The notes under the pieces are model-generated. The model had not been told where the DNA came from. It did not search any database and worked only from the letters and a program-made list of their open reading frames with translations. A stretch of 63,330 nt of DNA, counting the filler, from Methanobacteriota archaeon (GTDB taxonomy: Archaea; JACRDV01), in assembly GCA_024860865.1 (NCBI GenBank). It is 5 parts of 5 records of this genome, joined end to end, with 100 filler letters (N's around TTAATTAATTAA, not from the genome) between each part and the next. Parts side by side here need not be neighbours in the genome. Positions count along the whole stretch, not along the records: positions 47,179 to 63,330 come from JACRDV010000038.1; 4 more parts are not named here. One strand, 5' to 3'. The translations under genes were made by a program, and so were the position numbers. Of the stretch, positions 49,573 to 59,699 are shown one piece after another. How positions within the stretch are numbered: position 1 is the stretch's first letter; each line of letters starts with the position of its first letter.

Positions 49573-51993
49573 TCAGAATAACTTTGCCTGGCGAGTGGTC
49601 GATTTAAGATCAGCTTCGGTATATCCTAAGGCGCTCATCACTCTCATGACAGCGGGCAATACTTGATTATCAATGTAATAGTTAGGATCATAATCTTCAA
49701 TTTTTGCTTCTTCAGCTGGAACAGCCCTTTTGCTCAGCATTTCAGGTCCCTTTCTTATCATGTAACCAATTATTGAGCCTACTGCTACTGGCCTTCCCTT
49801 GGTTCTTGCAATTTTTGCAGCTGTTACATGTGCTTCCTCAACTTCATATCTTGCAATCTCTCTTGTAAGTTGAGTGTAGATTATCATATCTTCAAGCATA
49901 ACATTGCGTGCAATGATATTGGCAATTGTTTGCCTGATTATACCTGCTGCCTTCTCTGAATTTCCTTCCCTTAAAATTGCCTCTAAAACCAATCTTTGTG
50001 TCTTTTTTGCAATTGGAGCCCAATCTCTCCTAACAACTTCAAGGCCGCGGGCTGTTATCCTCCCATCTTCACCAGCCAAAGCATACCGTTTTTTAGTAAC
50101 TAGTAAACCTCTTGGGTAGAATCCTTGGAACTCAAGTTGGATTATCCCTGGCAGCGATTTGTTTACTTCCTCAATAAAAGCAAATGCTTTTTCCTTAGGG
50201 TTATTTTCAACTGTGGTGAAAAGCGAATCGGTATCAGCGTAAATCGCATGAAGCCCAAATTTTTCCGCAAGATCAATAGTTTTTGTTATGTAATATCGGC
50301 CATATGCAGTGACGCTGGCAGCAGCTTCTTTGCAATACCATCTAAAGCGGGAATAGGCCAGAGTCCCATAAAATGCATTTGAGGCGACCTTAATCGCTTC
50401 TTGCTGAACATTTAACATGCGAAATTCAATTGAATCTATTGGTAAAGTTTTCATTTTCTTTTTAATTTCCATCCTGCGATTAATTAGCTCTTCTAAAATT
50501 GTCGGAAAAAATCCTCTGCGCTTAGCACAGAATTTAAAGCCAACTTCAGGCGCAAGATGGGCTTTTTCATTTGTGCAACATACACAGTTAATAGTGGAAG
50601 GATCAATATTGTGACTCACTATTACTGTAGGATACATGCTCTTAAAATCGAAAACCAGAATGTTTTTATGCAGTCCCCTTTCAGGTTCTTTCACATATGC
50701 TCCAACAATTGGGGCCTCGGACTCTCTGCGTAAAACTTCTTCTCTCCTTGGCTTGTTTGGGATTAACTCCTCAATCTCATAAGCTTTAGCCATTAACAAA
50801 TATTCAACAATTTGACCGGCTGTTACCCTTGCAACATCGAAAAGTGGTTGCCTAATCAATCTCGCAAGTTCGATTTTTTGCGGTAAAAGTTTCTCTCCAA
50901 GTTCAAGTGTTACTTCAACATCGCTTAGAGAATATTCAATTAGCTCAAGAAGTTTTTCTCCGCCTTCTTCCCAATACCTCCAGATTTCATACCCAGGTAT
51001 CTCTGGTTTTTCTCTTCCTAAAAGTTCGTGTGCAACTACATCTAAAGTATAATTAGCAAGTCTAATTGCCCTTCTAACCGAAGGGAATATATCAATATTA
51101 ATTCTACCTTTAATCTTGGCCCGAGGTGCCATCCCCCCTCTTCTGAACCTGAGTGCAGCAGGCTCTCTACCTAACAAAAATGGAATTCTATTATAGTCAA
51201 GTCTATCTCTCAGGTACGGTATGTCGAATGAATCCGAGTTAAAACCTAGCAAAATTTCTGGATCCCTCTCTTCAATGATTTTAAGAAAACGTTGGAGCAA
51301 TTCTTTTTCATTTTTCAATATTTCAACATAATCTGGTTGAGTTGGAAGAGTTTTAGCTTGTTTGCTATAAAAAGTGAGGGCCTTTTGAAAACCTTTGTTA
51401 TCAAGTAAACTAATCACAATAATTGGATCTCTTTTGGGTCTTGGCGTACCTTCTGGATTATACACTTCAAGATCGAAAGCTAGAACATCTAGTTTTGGAA
51501 ATTCTGGCTTAACAATCGGTCTTGGCGAAGAAGTCGCTTCAATAACTTGGTCAACTAATAATTTTCCTCTTTCTACTTCCTTTCCTTCAACTTGGACCCA
51601 TGTAAAGGGAATTAATCCTTTTTCAATTATGTATTTTTTCTCAAAGGGGATATCGTACTCTCGGGGTTCTTTTACCGTAGGCATTATCCTAACTTGGTCC
51701 CGCACTTCTTGAACATGTTGCGGATGAAAAGTAACTATTTTGATTACTTCAATTGGATTGCCATAGATTGTTCTGGTTACAACCTCAGTTCTCTTAACAT
51801 TTGACAAATTAGCTAATCTTTCAGCGAGCTCTTTTGCTAAAATATTTTTTGGAATTGCATAAAAATAAGGCTCGAAATTAGGATCATGGATCGCAACGAT
51901 TTTTTCATCAAAAGTTTTAAGATAAAGCCTTATAACAGCTTCTTTTTCGCTCTTTGAAAGATGGTCGATATCAAAGAATAACCCTTCAACCGT
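49573..51993 (-). CDS. polB: family B DNA polymerase, intein-free, probable ACG start
   Basis: FDLE, NSDSFD, DFKSMYP, K..SNAFYG, YADTDS, KKRY; open frame with PolB N-terminal motifs runs 62 codons past the TTG at 51807. Confidence 0.95.
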   Translation of the reverse strand, partial: TVEGLFFDIDHLSKSEKEAVIRLYLKTFDEKIVAIHDPNFEPYFYAIPKNILAKELAERLANLSNVKRTEVVTRTIYGNPIEVIKIVTFHPQHVQEVRDQVRIMPTVKEPREYDIPFEKKYIIEKGLIPFTWVQVEGKEVERGKLLVDQVIEATSSPRPIVKPEFPKLDVLAFDLEVYNPEGTPRPKRDPIIVISLLDNKGFQKALTFYSKQAKTLPTQPDYVEILKNEKELLQRFLKIIEERDPEILLGFNSDSFDIPYLRDRLDYNRIPFLLGREPAALRFRRGGMAPRAKIKGRINIDIFPSVRRAIRLANYTLDVVAHELLGREKPEIPGYEIWRYWEEGGEKLLELIEYSLSDVEVTLELGEKLLPQKIELARLIRQPLFDVARVTAGQIVEYLLMAKAYEIEELIPNKPRREEVLRRESEAPIVGAYVKEPERGLHKNILVFDFKSMYPTVIVSHNIDPSTINCVCCTNEKAHLAPEVGFKFCAKRRGFFPTILEELINRRMEIKKKMKTLPIDSIEFRMLNVQQEAIKVASNAFYGTLAYSRFRWYCKEAAASVTAYGRYYITKTIDLAEKFGLHAIYADTDSLFTTVENNPKEKAFAFIEEVNKSLPGIIQLEFQGFYPRGLLVTKKRYALAGEDGRITARGLEVVRRDWAPIAKKTQRLVLEAILREGNSEKAAGIIRQTIANIIARNVMLEDMIIYTQLTREIARYEVEEAHVTAAKIARTKGRPVAVGSIIGYMIRKGPEMLSKRAVPAEEAKIEDYDPNYYIDNQVLPAVMRVMSALGYTEADLKSTTRQAKLF

Positions 51994-52068
51994 TTAAATC
52001 CCTTCTTAGCTTTTAGTTATGCCTACGTTAGAAAAAACTTTAACTACTAGTAAATAAGTTAAACTAAT

Positions 52069-52185
52069 TGGGGTAAAATGACTACAAATATTGAATACTT
52101 GCTTCTAGTAGTAATTTTGCTTATTTTGTTATAAGTAGTCATCCCCATCGTCCGTTTTCTCTTCGGCTTTCCGGAGTTGATTTTT
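52069..52185 (+). promoter_or_regulatory. putative attenuator/translational-control leader RNA
   Basis: TGGGG+ATGACTAC complementary to GTAGTCAT+CCCCA; hairpin CTTCGG-CTTT-CCGGAG over the leuA SD; U-rich tract 52155-52163. Confidence 0.6.
52078..52134 (+). CDS. putative BCAA leader peptide MTTNIEYLLLVVILLILL
   Basis: GGGGT SD, ATG..TAA, 11 consecutive Leu/Val/Ile codons, directly upstream of leuA. Confidence 0.7.
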   Translation: MTTNIEYLLLVVILLILL

Positions 52186-53742
52186 ATGGTTTCTGAAGAG
52201 ACCTTTTATGTAAGTCAATTGGTAAAAAAATCTGTTCCGAAGGTTGGCAGGATCAAGGTATTTGATACCACGCTCAGAGATGGTGAGCAAACACCTGGCG
52301 TTTCATTAACGCCTGAAGAAAAGCTCGAAATAGCCACCCAACTGGATAAACTGGGAGTTGACATAATTGAAGCCGGTTTTCCAATTACCTCGGATGGTGA
52401 AAAAAAAGCAGTTAAATTGATCGCAAAAGCAGGGCTAAAATCTGAGATTTGCGGGCTGGCAAGAGTAACTCAAACTGACTTAGATGCTGCAATTAACTGC
52501 GATGTCCCATATGTTCATACTTTCGTTGGGACTTCTGAAATCCACATGAAAGTTAAGCTGAAAATGATGCCGGAGCAAATTTTAGAAAAAGCAGTTTGGG
52601 CCGTAGATTATGTAAAAAATCATGGATTAATTTGTGAATTCTCACCGGAGGATGCAACTAGAACTGATATGGCTTTCCTAAAGAAAATTTGTAAAGCAGT
52701 TCAAGAGGCAAAAGTTGACAAGATTAATATTCCAGATACAGTTGGGGTAATGGTTCCAACTGTTATGAAAAACTTCATTTCAGAGTTAAAAAAAGTGATA
52801 AAAGTTCCAATTAGCGTTCACTGCCACAACGACCTTGGATTAGCAGTTGCAAATTCTATAGCTGCTGTTGAAGGTGGCGCAACACAAGTTCATGCCACTA
52901 TTAATGGACTAGGTGAACGAGCTGGCAATGCAGCATTAGAAGAGGTTGTGATGGGATTAATTGCATTTTATGATGCTCAAACAAATATCAATACTAAACT
53001 AATTGCGGAAACTTCTGAATTAGTTGCTAGATTAACAGGAATTCGCCCTCAACCAAATAAAGCCATAGTTGGCGAAAATGCATTTGCACACGAAGCTGGT
53101 ATCCATGTGCATGGGGTCTTAACCTCTCCAGCTACTTATGAACCAATTACTCCTGAGATGGTTGGCCATAAAAGAAGATTGGTTTTGGGAAAACATGTAG
53201 GTTCCCATGGAGTGAAAGCTGCACTAGATGAGCTTAATATACAGACAACTCCTGAACAACTCCAAGAGATAGTCACTAGGATTAAAGCAATTGGCGATAA
53301 AGGTAAAACAGTAACTGATGCGGATTTAAGAGCAATTGCTGAAGCAATTGTTGGAGAACTTACCAAAGAAGAAAAAATAGTAACACTTGATGAACTTGCA
53401 GTAGTTACTGGAAACAGAGTAATTCCAACAGCATCTGTCAAGTTAGTTGTTGAGGGCAAAGAAAGAATAGCCTCAGCTACGGGAGTTGGACCGGTCGATG
53501 CTGCTCTCAACGCAATTCAAAAAGTATTGGAGCTCCAAGATATTAGACTTAGAGAATATAGATTAGAAGCAATAACCGGCGGATCTGATGCAATAGCTGA
53601 GGTAATGATAAAAATTGAAGATAAATTTAGAAACATAGTTTCAGCAAAAGCAGCGCGCGAAGACATAGTTATGGCATCAGTTGAAGCTATGGTTAATGCA
53701 ATTAATAGAATCCTGCTCAAACGCAGGGCAATAGCTGGTTAA
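52186..53742 (+). CDS. leuA: 2-isopropylmalate synthase
   Basis: [33 protein letters not shown], regulatory domain GVGPVDA. Confidence 0.85.
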   Translation: MVSEETFYVSQLVKKSVPKVGRIKVFDTTLRDGEQTPGVSLTPEEKLEIATQLDKLGVDIIEAGFPITSDGEKKAVKLIAKAGLKSEICGLARVTQTDLDAAINCDVPYVHTFVGTSEIHMKVKLKMMPEQILEKAVWAVDYVKNHGLICEFSPEDATRTDMAFLKKICKAVQEAKVDKINIPDTVGVMVPTVMKNFISELKKVIKVPISVHCHNDLGLAVANSIAAVEGGATQVHATINGLGERAGNAALEEVVMGLIAFYDAQTNINTKLIAETSELVARLTGIRPQPNKAIVGENAFAHEAGIHVHGVLTSPATYEPITPEMVGHKRRLVLGKHVGSHGVKAALDELNIQTTPEQLQEIVTRIKAIGDKGKTVTDADLRAIAEAIVGELTKEEKIVTLDELAVVTGNRVIPTASVKLVVEGKERIASATGVGPVDAALNAIQKVLELQDIRLREYRLEAITGGSDAIAEVMIKIEDKFRNIVSAKAAREDIVMASVEAMVNAINRILLKRRAIAG

Positions 53743-53801
53743 GTTCTTAGCAAAATTAATAAATCATTTCCAATAATTGCACAATACCCTTGGTGTAAAA
53801 A

Positions 53802-55304
53802 ATGTCAACAAAGTTGCCTACAAAAATAAGAGTACTCGATACTACGCTCAGAGATGGTGAACAAACACCTGGCGTTTCATTAACGCCTGAAGAAAAATTA
53901 AGAACTGCAAGAAGATTAGATGAGCTTGGCATAGATATAATCGAAGCAGGTTCTGCCATTACATCTGAAGGAGAACGCCAAGCTATCAAATTAATTGCAA
54001 ATGCCGGCTTAAATGCTGAAATATGCAGTTTTTCTCGCCCTATTCAGAGCGATATAGATTTAGCATTAGCTTGTGATGTTGACTCAATTCATTTAGTGGT
54101 TCCCACTTCAGATATTCATCTTCAATATAAACTTAAGAAAACTCGAGAGCAAGTTAATGAAATGGCGATTAAAGCTATTGAGTATGCTAAAGCTCATGGG
54201 TTGATCGTTGAACTTTCAGCTGAAGATGCTTCTCGGACTAATATTTCTCATTTAAAAGAATTTTATAAAGCTGGAATTGAGGCAAAGGCTGATCGTTGCT
54301 GCTTTTGTGATACAGTTGGAGTAATGACACCAGAAAATACGACTCAAATCTTCCAAGAACTTAAAAAAGAAATTAAAGTTCCAGTTGCAGCTCACTGTCA
54401 TGATGATTTTGGTTTAGCTGTAGCTAATACACTCGCTTCTCTTAGAGGTGGAGCTGAAGAATTCCATGCAACAATAAACGGAATCGGCGAGCGTGCTGGT
54501 AATGCTTCCCTCGAAGAGATAGTTATGTCTCTAATTTCGTTCTATGGAACCAAACTAAATATTAAGACCGAACTTTTAGTTGAAACCTCAAAACTTGTCG
54601 AAAGATTAACTGGCATACCAGTACCCCCGAACAAAGCAATAGTTGGGGAGCATGCATTCGCACACGAAGCTGGGATTCATACTCATGGAGTTTTAGCATA
54701 TCCCGGGACCTATGAGCCAATTACCCCTGAGATGGTTGGGCACCGTAGACGGTTCATTCTTGGAAAAGATGTCGGCTCTCATGCAATTAAAGTAATGTTA
54801 AAGGAGGTTGGTCTAGAACCAACCGAAGATGAACTAAAGCAAGTTGTAAATAGAGTTAAAGAGCTTGGTGACAAAGGGAAGAAAATTACGGATGCTGATT
54901 TGCAGTCAATTGCTGAGTCAGTTATGGGGGTTATAGGAGAAAAATTTGTTGAGTTAAATGAACTAACTGTTGTAACTGGGAATAGAGTGACCCCAACAGC
55001 ATCTGTTAGGCTAAAAATAAGGGACCAAGAATTCTTGCAGTCAGCTACGGGAGTTGGGCCGGTCGATGCTGCTCTCAATGCAATTCAAAAAGTATTGGGT
55101 GAGCTCGCAGATGTTAATTTAGATCAATATAGAGTTGAAGCAATTACTGGAGGAACTGATGCATTAGTTGAAGTTCATGTTAAGCTACGAAGGAATAATC
55201 AAATTGTAACTGCCAGAGGATCTGCTAGCGACATAGTTATGGCTAGTGTTGAGGCGATGCTAGCGGGTATTAATAGATTGCTTACAAGATATCCTAAGAA
55301 GTGA
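53802..55304 (+). CDS. cimA: (R)-citramalate synthase
   Basis: [36 protein letters not shown] typical of methanogen-type CimA. Confidence 0.85.
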   Translation: MSTKLPTKIRVLDTTLRDGEQTPGVSLTPEEKLRTARRLDELGIDIIEAGSAITSEGERQAIKLIANAGLNAEICSFSRPIQSDIDLALACDVDSIHLVVPTSDIHLQYKLKKTREQVNEMAIKAIEYAKAHGLIVELSAEDASRTNISHLKEFYKAGIEAKADRCCFCDTVGVMTPENTTQIFQELKKEIKVPVAAHCHDDFGLAVANTLASLRGGAEEFHATINGIGERAGNASLEEIVMSLISFYGTKLNIKTELLVETSKLVERLTGIPVPPNKAIVGEHAFAHEAGIHTHGVLAYPGTYEPITPEMVGHRRRFILGKDVGSHAIKVMLKEVGLEPTEDELKQVVNRVKELGDKGKKITDADLQSIAESVMGVIGEKFVELNELTVVTGNRVTPTASVRLKIRDQEFLQSATGVGPVDAALNAIQKVLGELADVNLDQYRVEAITGGTDALVEVHVKLRRNNQIVTARGSASDIVMASVEAMLAGINRLLTRYPKK

Positions 55305-56992
55305 GTTACATGGTTAAAATGACGGGTGGCAAAGCAATTTTAGAATCCTTAAAAAGGCATGGGGTAAAAGTAATATTTGGATTGCCTGGTGGAGCAATTC
55401 TCCCACTTTATGATGACATTTACAAAGATAAAGATATCAGGCATATTTTAGTTAGGCATGAGCAAGTGGCGGCGCACGCTAGTGATGGTTTTGCTCGAGC
55501 CAGTGGTAAGCCTGGAATTTGTATGGCAACTTCTGGCCCAGGAGCAACAAATCTTACCACTGGAATTGCAAATGCTTATATGGATTCAAGTCCTGTAATT
55601 GCTTTTACTGGGCAAGTTGCTAGACCATTAATTGGAAATGATGCGTTCCAAGAAACAGATGCGTGCGGTATTACCCTTCCAATCACTAAACATAATTTTA
55701 AAATAATGAAAACAAAGGAAATCCCACAAATTATTAAAATGGCTTTTAAAATCGCTACAACTGGCAGACCTGGTCCAGTTCACATTGATTTACCTAGAGA
55801 TGTTCAATCTGAGGAAACTGATTTTGACTTTGAAGCTGAACCAGAAATGCCGGGCTACAAGCCAACTATTGAAGGGCATCCTCTTCAAATAAAGAGAGCA
55901 GCCGAAATTATCAGTGAAGCTGAGCGCCCAATTGTTTTGGCTGGCGGAGGAGTGATTCATTCAAATGCATCGCCAGAATTATCAGTATTTGCTGAAATGC
56001 TTGGCTCGCCCGTAACAACAACATTTATGGGAAAGAGCTCTTTTCCAGAAAACCATCCGCTTGCCCTTGGAACAATTGGGATGCATGGTAAAAAGGCAGC
56101 TAATAAAGCAGTTACTGAGAGCGATGTTTTAATTGCTATTGGATGTAGATTTTCAGATAGATCAACTGGTAACGTCCAGTATTTTGCACAAAATGCAAAA
56201 ATTATTCACATAGATATTGACCCGGCCGAAATTGGGAAAAATATAAAAATTTTTGTTCCAATCGTTGGGGATGCGAAAAGAGTTCTAAAATCATTGATCG
56301 AACGGCTCAAAGAGATTTATAAAAAAGGTAAAACCACAGCTTGGGTTGAGAAAATTAATCAATTTAAAAAAGAGTTCCAACCAAAAATGGACTACGATGA
56401 AATACCAATTAAACCCCAGAGGGTTATGAAAGAGCTAAATTCAATAATTGATTCGAATACAATTATAACAACGGAAGTTGGGCAAAACCAAATGTGGGCA
56501 GGACATTTTCTAGAAGTCCATCATCCTAGGCAGTTTATTTCATCGGGAGGACTCGGAACAATGGGATTTGGATTCCCAGCCGCAATTGGAGCAAAGGTTG
56601 CGCGACCAGAAGCTACAGTTATTGATGTTGCTGGAGATGGTTCATTCTTAATGGTTGAACAAGATTTAGCAACTTGTGTGCTTGAAAAAATTCCAGTTAT
56701 AGTTTTAATTCTTGACAACAGACGATTAGGGATGGTCTCACAATGGCAAGAACTTTTTTACGGGGGAAGGCTTTCTGCTACTTTATTGGGCGAGTCTCCA
56801 GATTTTGTTAAACTCACGGAAGCGTATGGAGCGAAAGCTGAATATGTTACCAGACCAAATGAAATTCGGCCAGCACTAGAGAGGGCAATAAAATCAAATG
56901 AGCCATATGTGTTAGATGTTATAGTTGATCCAAAGGAGCACGTATTGCCGATGGTTCCACCAGGTGGTCGACTCGATCAAATGATTGGGTGA
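55301..56992 (+). CDS. ilvB: acetolactate synthase large subunit
   Basis: [31 protein letters not shown]. Confidence 0.96.
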   Translation: MSYMVKMTGGKAILESLKRHGVKVIFGLPGGAILPLYDDIYKDKDIRHILVRHEQVAAHASDGFARASGKPGICMATSGPGATNLTTGIANAYMDSSPVIAFTGQVARPLIGNDAFQETDACGITLPITKHNFKIMKTKEIPQIIKMAFKIATTGRPGPVHIDLPRDVQSEETDFDFEAEPEMPGYKPTIEGHPLQIKRAAEIISEAERPIVLAGGGVIHSNASPELSVFAEMLGSPVTTTFMGKSSFPENHPLALGTIGMHGKKAANKAVTESDVLIAIGCRFSDRSTGNVQYFAQNAKIIHIDIDPAEIGKNIKIFVPIVGDAKRVLKSLIERLKEIYKKGKTTAWVEKINQFKKEFQPKMDYDEIPIKPQRVMKELNSIIDSNTIITTEVGQNQMWAGHFLEVHHPRQFISSGGLGTMGFGFPAAIGAKVARPEATVIDVAGDGSFLMVEQDLATCVLEKIPVIVLILDNRRLGMVSQWQELFYGGRLSATLLGESPDFVKLTEAYGAKAEYVTRPNEIRPALERAIKSNEPYVLDVIVDPKEHVLPMVPPGGRLDQMIG

Positions 56993-57506
56993 ATTAAAAG
57001 TGGAAAGAGAGCACGTTCTGGTAGCATTGGTTGAGAATAAACCAGGTGTTATGCAAAGAATTTCTGGAATGTTTGCTAAAAGAGGGTTCAATATTGAAAC
57101 TATAACAGTTGGACCGACTGAGAGTCAAGAGCTATCTAGGATGACATTAGTTGTTAAAGGCGATGAAAGAGTTCTGGAGCAGGTTCAAAAACAACTGAAT
57201 AAACTGGTTGAAGTAATAAAAGTAAGCGATGTTGATCCAAACGAGAGCGTTATACGAGAGCTCTGCCTAATAAAGGTACATACTCCTGACCAACATGCCC
57301 GTGCTCAAGTTGTACAATATGCCCACATATTTCGGGCACATGTTGTTGATGTAAGCCCAGAATCTCTTATGATAGAGCTCACTGGTGATTCAGACAAGAT
57401 CAATGCTTTTATTGAATTGATGCGCGGATTTGGGATTAAAGAATTGGCCCGCACGGGAACAACTGCCATGCAGAGAGGGGCAAAGATAATAGAACCCAAA
57501 AAATAG
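56985..57506 (+). CDS. ilvH: acetolactate synthase regulatory subunit
   Basis: VENKPGV, KRGFNI, KQLNKL, ELARTG. Confidence 0.95.
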   Translation: MGELKVEREHVLVALVENKPGVMQRISGMFAKRGFNIETITVGPTESQELSRMTLVVKGDERVLEQVQKQLNKLVEVIKVSDVDPNESVIRELCLIKVHTPDQHARAQVVQYAHIFRAHVVDVSPESLMIELTGDSDKINAFIELMRGFGIKELARTGTTAMQRGAKIIEPKK

Positions 57507-57616
57507 TTAAAACATCTTGTTTGATTTTGTTTAAAGCAGTTTTAGCAAAAATTTCACAATTAAATTTAAGTTTTATGAGTTATTTTATTGCTACTTCAAA
57601 TTGGGAGGGGTAAAAC

Positions 57617-58606
57617 TTGGCTAAAATATACTATGAGCAAGATGCCGACCTTGAAATTTTGAAAGAAAAAACAATTGCTGTCATTGGTTATGGTTCTCAA
57701 GGCTCTGCTCAAGCAAACAATATGAAAGACTCTGGGCTGAAAGTTATTATTGGACTTAGACCTGAGGGAGCTTCAGCTGAAAGAGCCAAACAAGATGGAT
57801 TCGAAGTTTTCCCGATATCTGAAGCAGCCGCCAAGGCTGACATTATTCATGTTTTAATTCCAGATGAGGTACAAGCAGATGTTTATAATTCTGAAATTGC
57901 TCAGCAATTAAAGCCTGGCAAAGCTCTTGGTTTTTCTCACGGTTTCAATATTAGATTTAAACAAATTGTCCCTCCAAACTTTGTCGACATAATAATGATT
58001 GCCCCAAAAGGCCCGGGCTTAATTGTTAGAAAATTATACAAAGAAGGATTTGGCGTTCCGGCATTAATTGCAGTTGAACAAGATTACACAGGGAAAGCAA
58101 AGCAGATAGCGCTTGGGATGGCAAAAGCAATTGGTTCAACTAAAGTTGGTGTAATTGAAACAACTTTTGCAGAAGAATGTGAAACAGATCTATTTGGAGA
58201 ACAAGTTGACCTTTGTGGTGGAGTGACTGAGCTAATTAAAGCAAGCTTTGAGACTTTAGTTGAAGCTGGTTATCAACATGAAATTGCTTATTTCGAAACC
58301 CTCCATGAACTAAAATTGATCGTTGATCTAATTTACTCACGAGGGTTGTATGGGATGTGGTCGGCAGTTTCTAACACAGCAAAGTATGGTGGATTAACTA
58401 GAGGAAAAAAAATCGTCAGCAAAGCATCTCGAAGGTCAATGAAGAAGATACTTGAGTACGTTAAAAGCGGCAAGTTCGCTGAAGAGTGGATGAAAGAAAA
58501 TAAAAAAGGTCGACCTAAACTTAATGCATTGTTAGAGCAGGAGAAAGGGCATTTAATTGAAAAAGTTGGAAAAGAAATCAGAAAAATGGCCGGTATAGAG
58601 AAATAA
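57617..58606 (+). CDS. ilvC: ketol-acid reductoisomerase
   Basis: [27 protein letters not shown]. Confidence 0.97.
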   Translation: MAKIYYEQDADLEILKEKTIAVIGYGSQGSAQANNMKDSGLKVIIGLRPEGASAERAKQDGFEVFPISEAAAKADIIHVLIPDEVQADVYNSEIAQQLKPGKALGFSHGFNIRFKQIVPPNFVDIIMIAPKGPGLIVRKLYKEGFGVPALIAVEQDYTGKAKQIALGMAKAIGSTKVGVIETTFAEECETDLFGEQVDLCGGVTELIKASFETLVEAGYQHEIAYFETLHELKLIVDLIYSRGLYGMWSAVSNTAKYGGLTRGKKIVSKASRRSMKKILEYVKSGKFAEEWMKENKKGRPKLNALLEQEKGHLIEKVGKEIRKMAGIEK

Positions 58607-58776
58607 TCTAATCCCCAAATGCTAATTCTCACTTTTTTGTTATTTTTTCTTCTTAGTTTTTTGAGCCTGCTGCACGGCTTTGGCATTAATTTTATATTAA
58701 TTTCATATTAAAAATTAAAAATTAATATGGTTTGTTGGATAATTATGATGTATTTTATAAATTTTTATACTGATAC

Positions 58777-59655
58777 ATGCCAAACTATAAGAAAATTAAG
58801 ATTTGGGAACTGCCCAGTTTTAGGTTTAGCATATATGTTTTCATTTGCGCAGGGATGCTCAGTCTTATTTGGGCTAATTTTTATCAATCTGAAATAAATG
58901 CGCTGAAAAGCGATAAGGAGCATGTAATTTCCGGAGCAGAACAACCAAATAATGCGAATGTACTGAATAGCACGCCAGATAAATTAGGGTTTGAGAAGGA
59001 AGAACCTACAAAAAAAACGATATTTGAGACAAAAAATACGAGTGTTCAATCAAACTCACAAATGACAGTAACCCAAGCAAATTTGATTGAAACTAACACC
59101 AATTCAACTAAAGTTATCAAACTTGATGTATGGAAATACTATTATGATACACGACCAAATGAAATGACAAAATATCTTTTTGCTAATGATTTAGCAGACT
59201 CTTGGAACAAATCGGTTTATGATCTAGCTCAAAAATTAAGAAATTATACTAGTATTAATCAAACTCTATCTAATTACTATTACTATGTTCGCTATAAAAT
59301 CTATTATCCAAAATTCTATTGGCAAGGCCATCTTATCCAAGATGGAATCGATATTAACACTAATTTAGAACAATCCGAACTAAATGATGTTTTATATAAA
59401 ACATATCCAGCAAGTTTAACTTTACAAAAGGGTTATGGACTTTGTGATGAAAAAGCGGTTCTCTTTGTTGCTTTAGCCAGAGCTAATGGTATGCCAGCTC
59501 GCATAGCTGCTGGAGCCACAGATTATCCAAATCTTTTCCATTGGTGGGTTGAAGTTTGGAATGGAAATTGCTGGCAAGAAATTGATCCCACTTTTTGGTA
59601 TCATTTTAATGAAATCAAATCAAACTATCATAAACTTAAGATAATTGAATTATAA
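58777..59655 (+). CDS. membrane-anchored transglutaminase-like protein
   Basis: GLCDEKA, HWWVEVW, IDPT (Cys-His-Asp triad); N-terminal TM. Confidence 0.8.
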   Translation: MPNYKKIKIWELPSFRFSIYVFICAGMLSLIWANFYQSEINALKSDKEHVISGAEQPNNANVLNSTPDKLGFEKEEPTKKTIFETKNTSVQSNSQMTVTQANLIETNTNSTKVIKLDVWKYYYDTRPNEMTKYLFANDLADSWNKSVYDLAQKLRNYTSINQTLSNYYYYVRYKIYYPKFYWQGHLIQDGIDINTNLEQSELNDVLYKTYPASLTLQKGYGLCDEKAVLFVALARANGMPARIAAGATDYPNLFHWWVEVWNGNCWQEIDPTFWYHFNEIKSNYHKLKIIEL

Positions 59656-59699
59656 TTCATAATTCAGTCTAAAGGTGAATTAAAGTTAAAGAAGAGCCT

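Noticed and set aside
57507-57616. Short ORF MSYFIATSNWEG upstream of ilvC as a second leader peptide
   Set aside because: Not BCAA-rich, no SD of its own and no structure seen.
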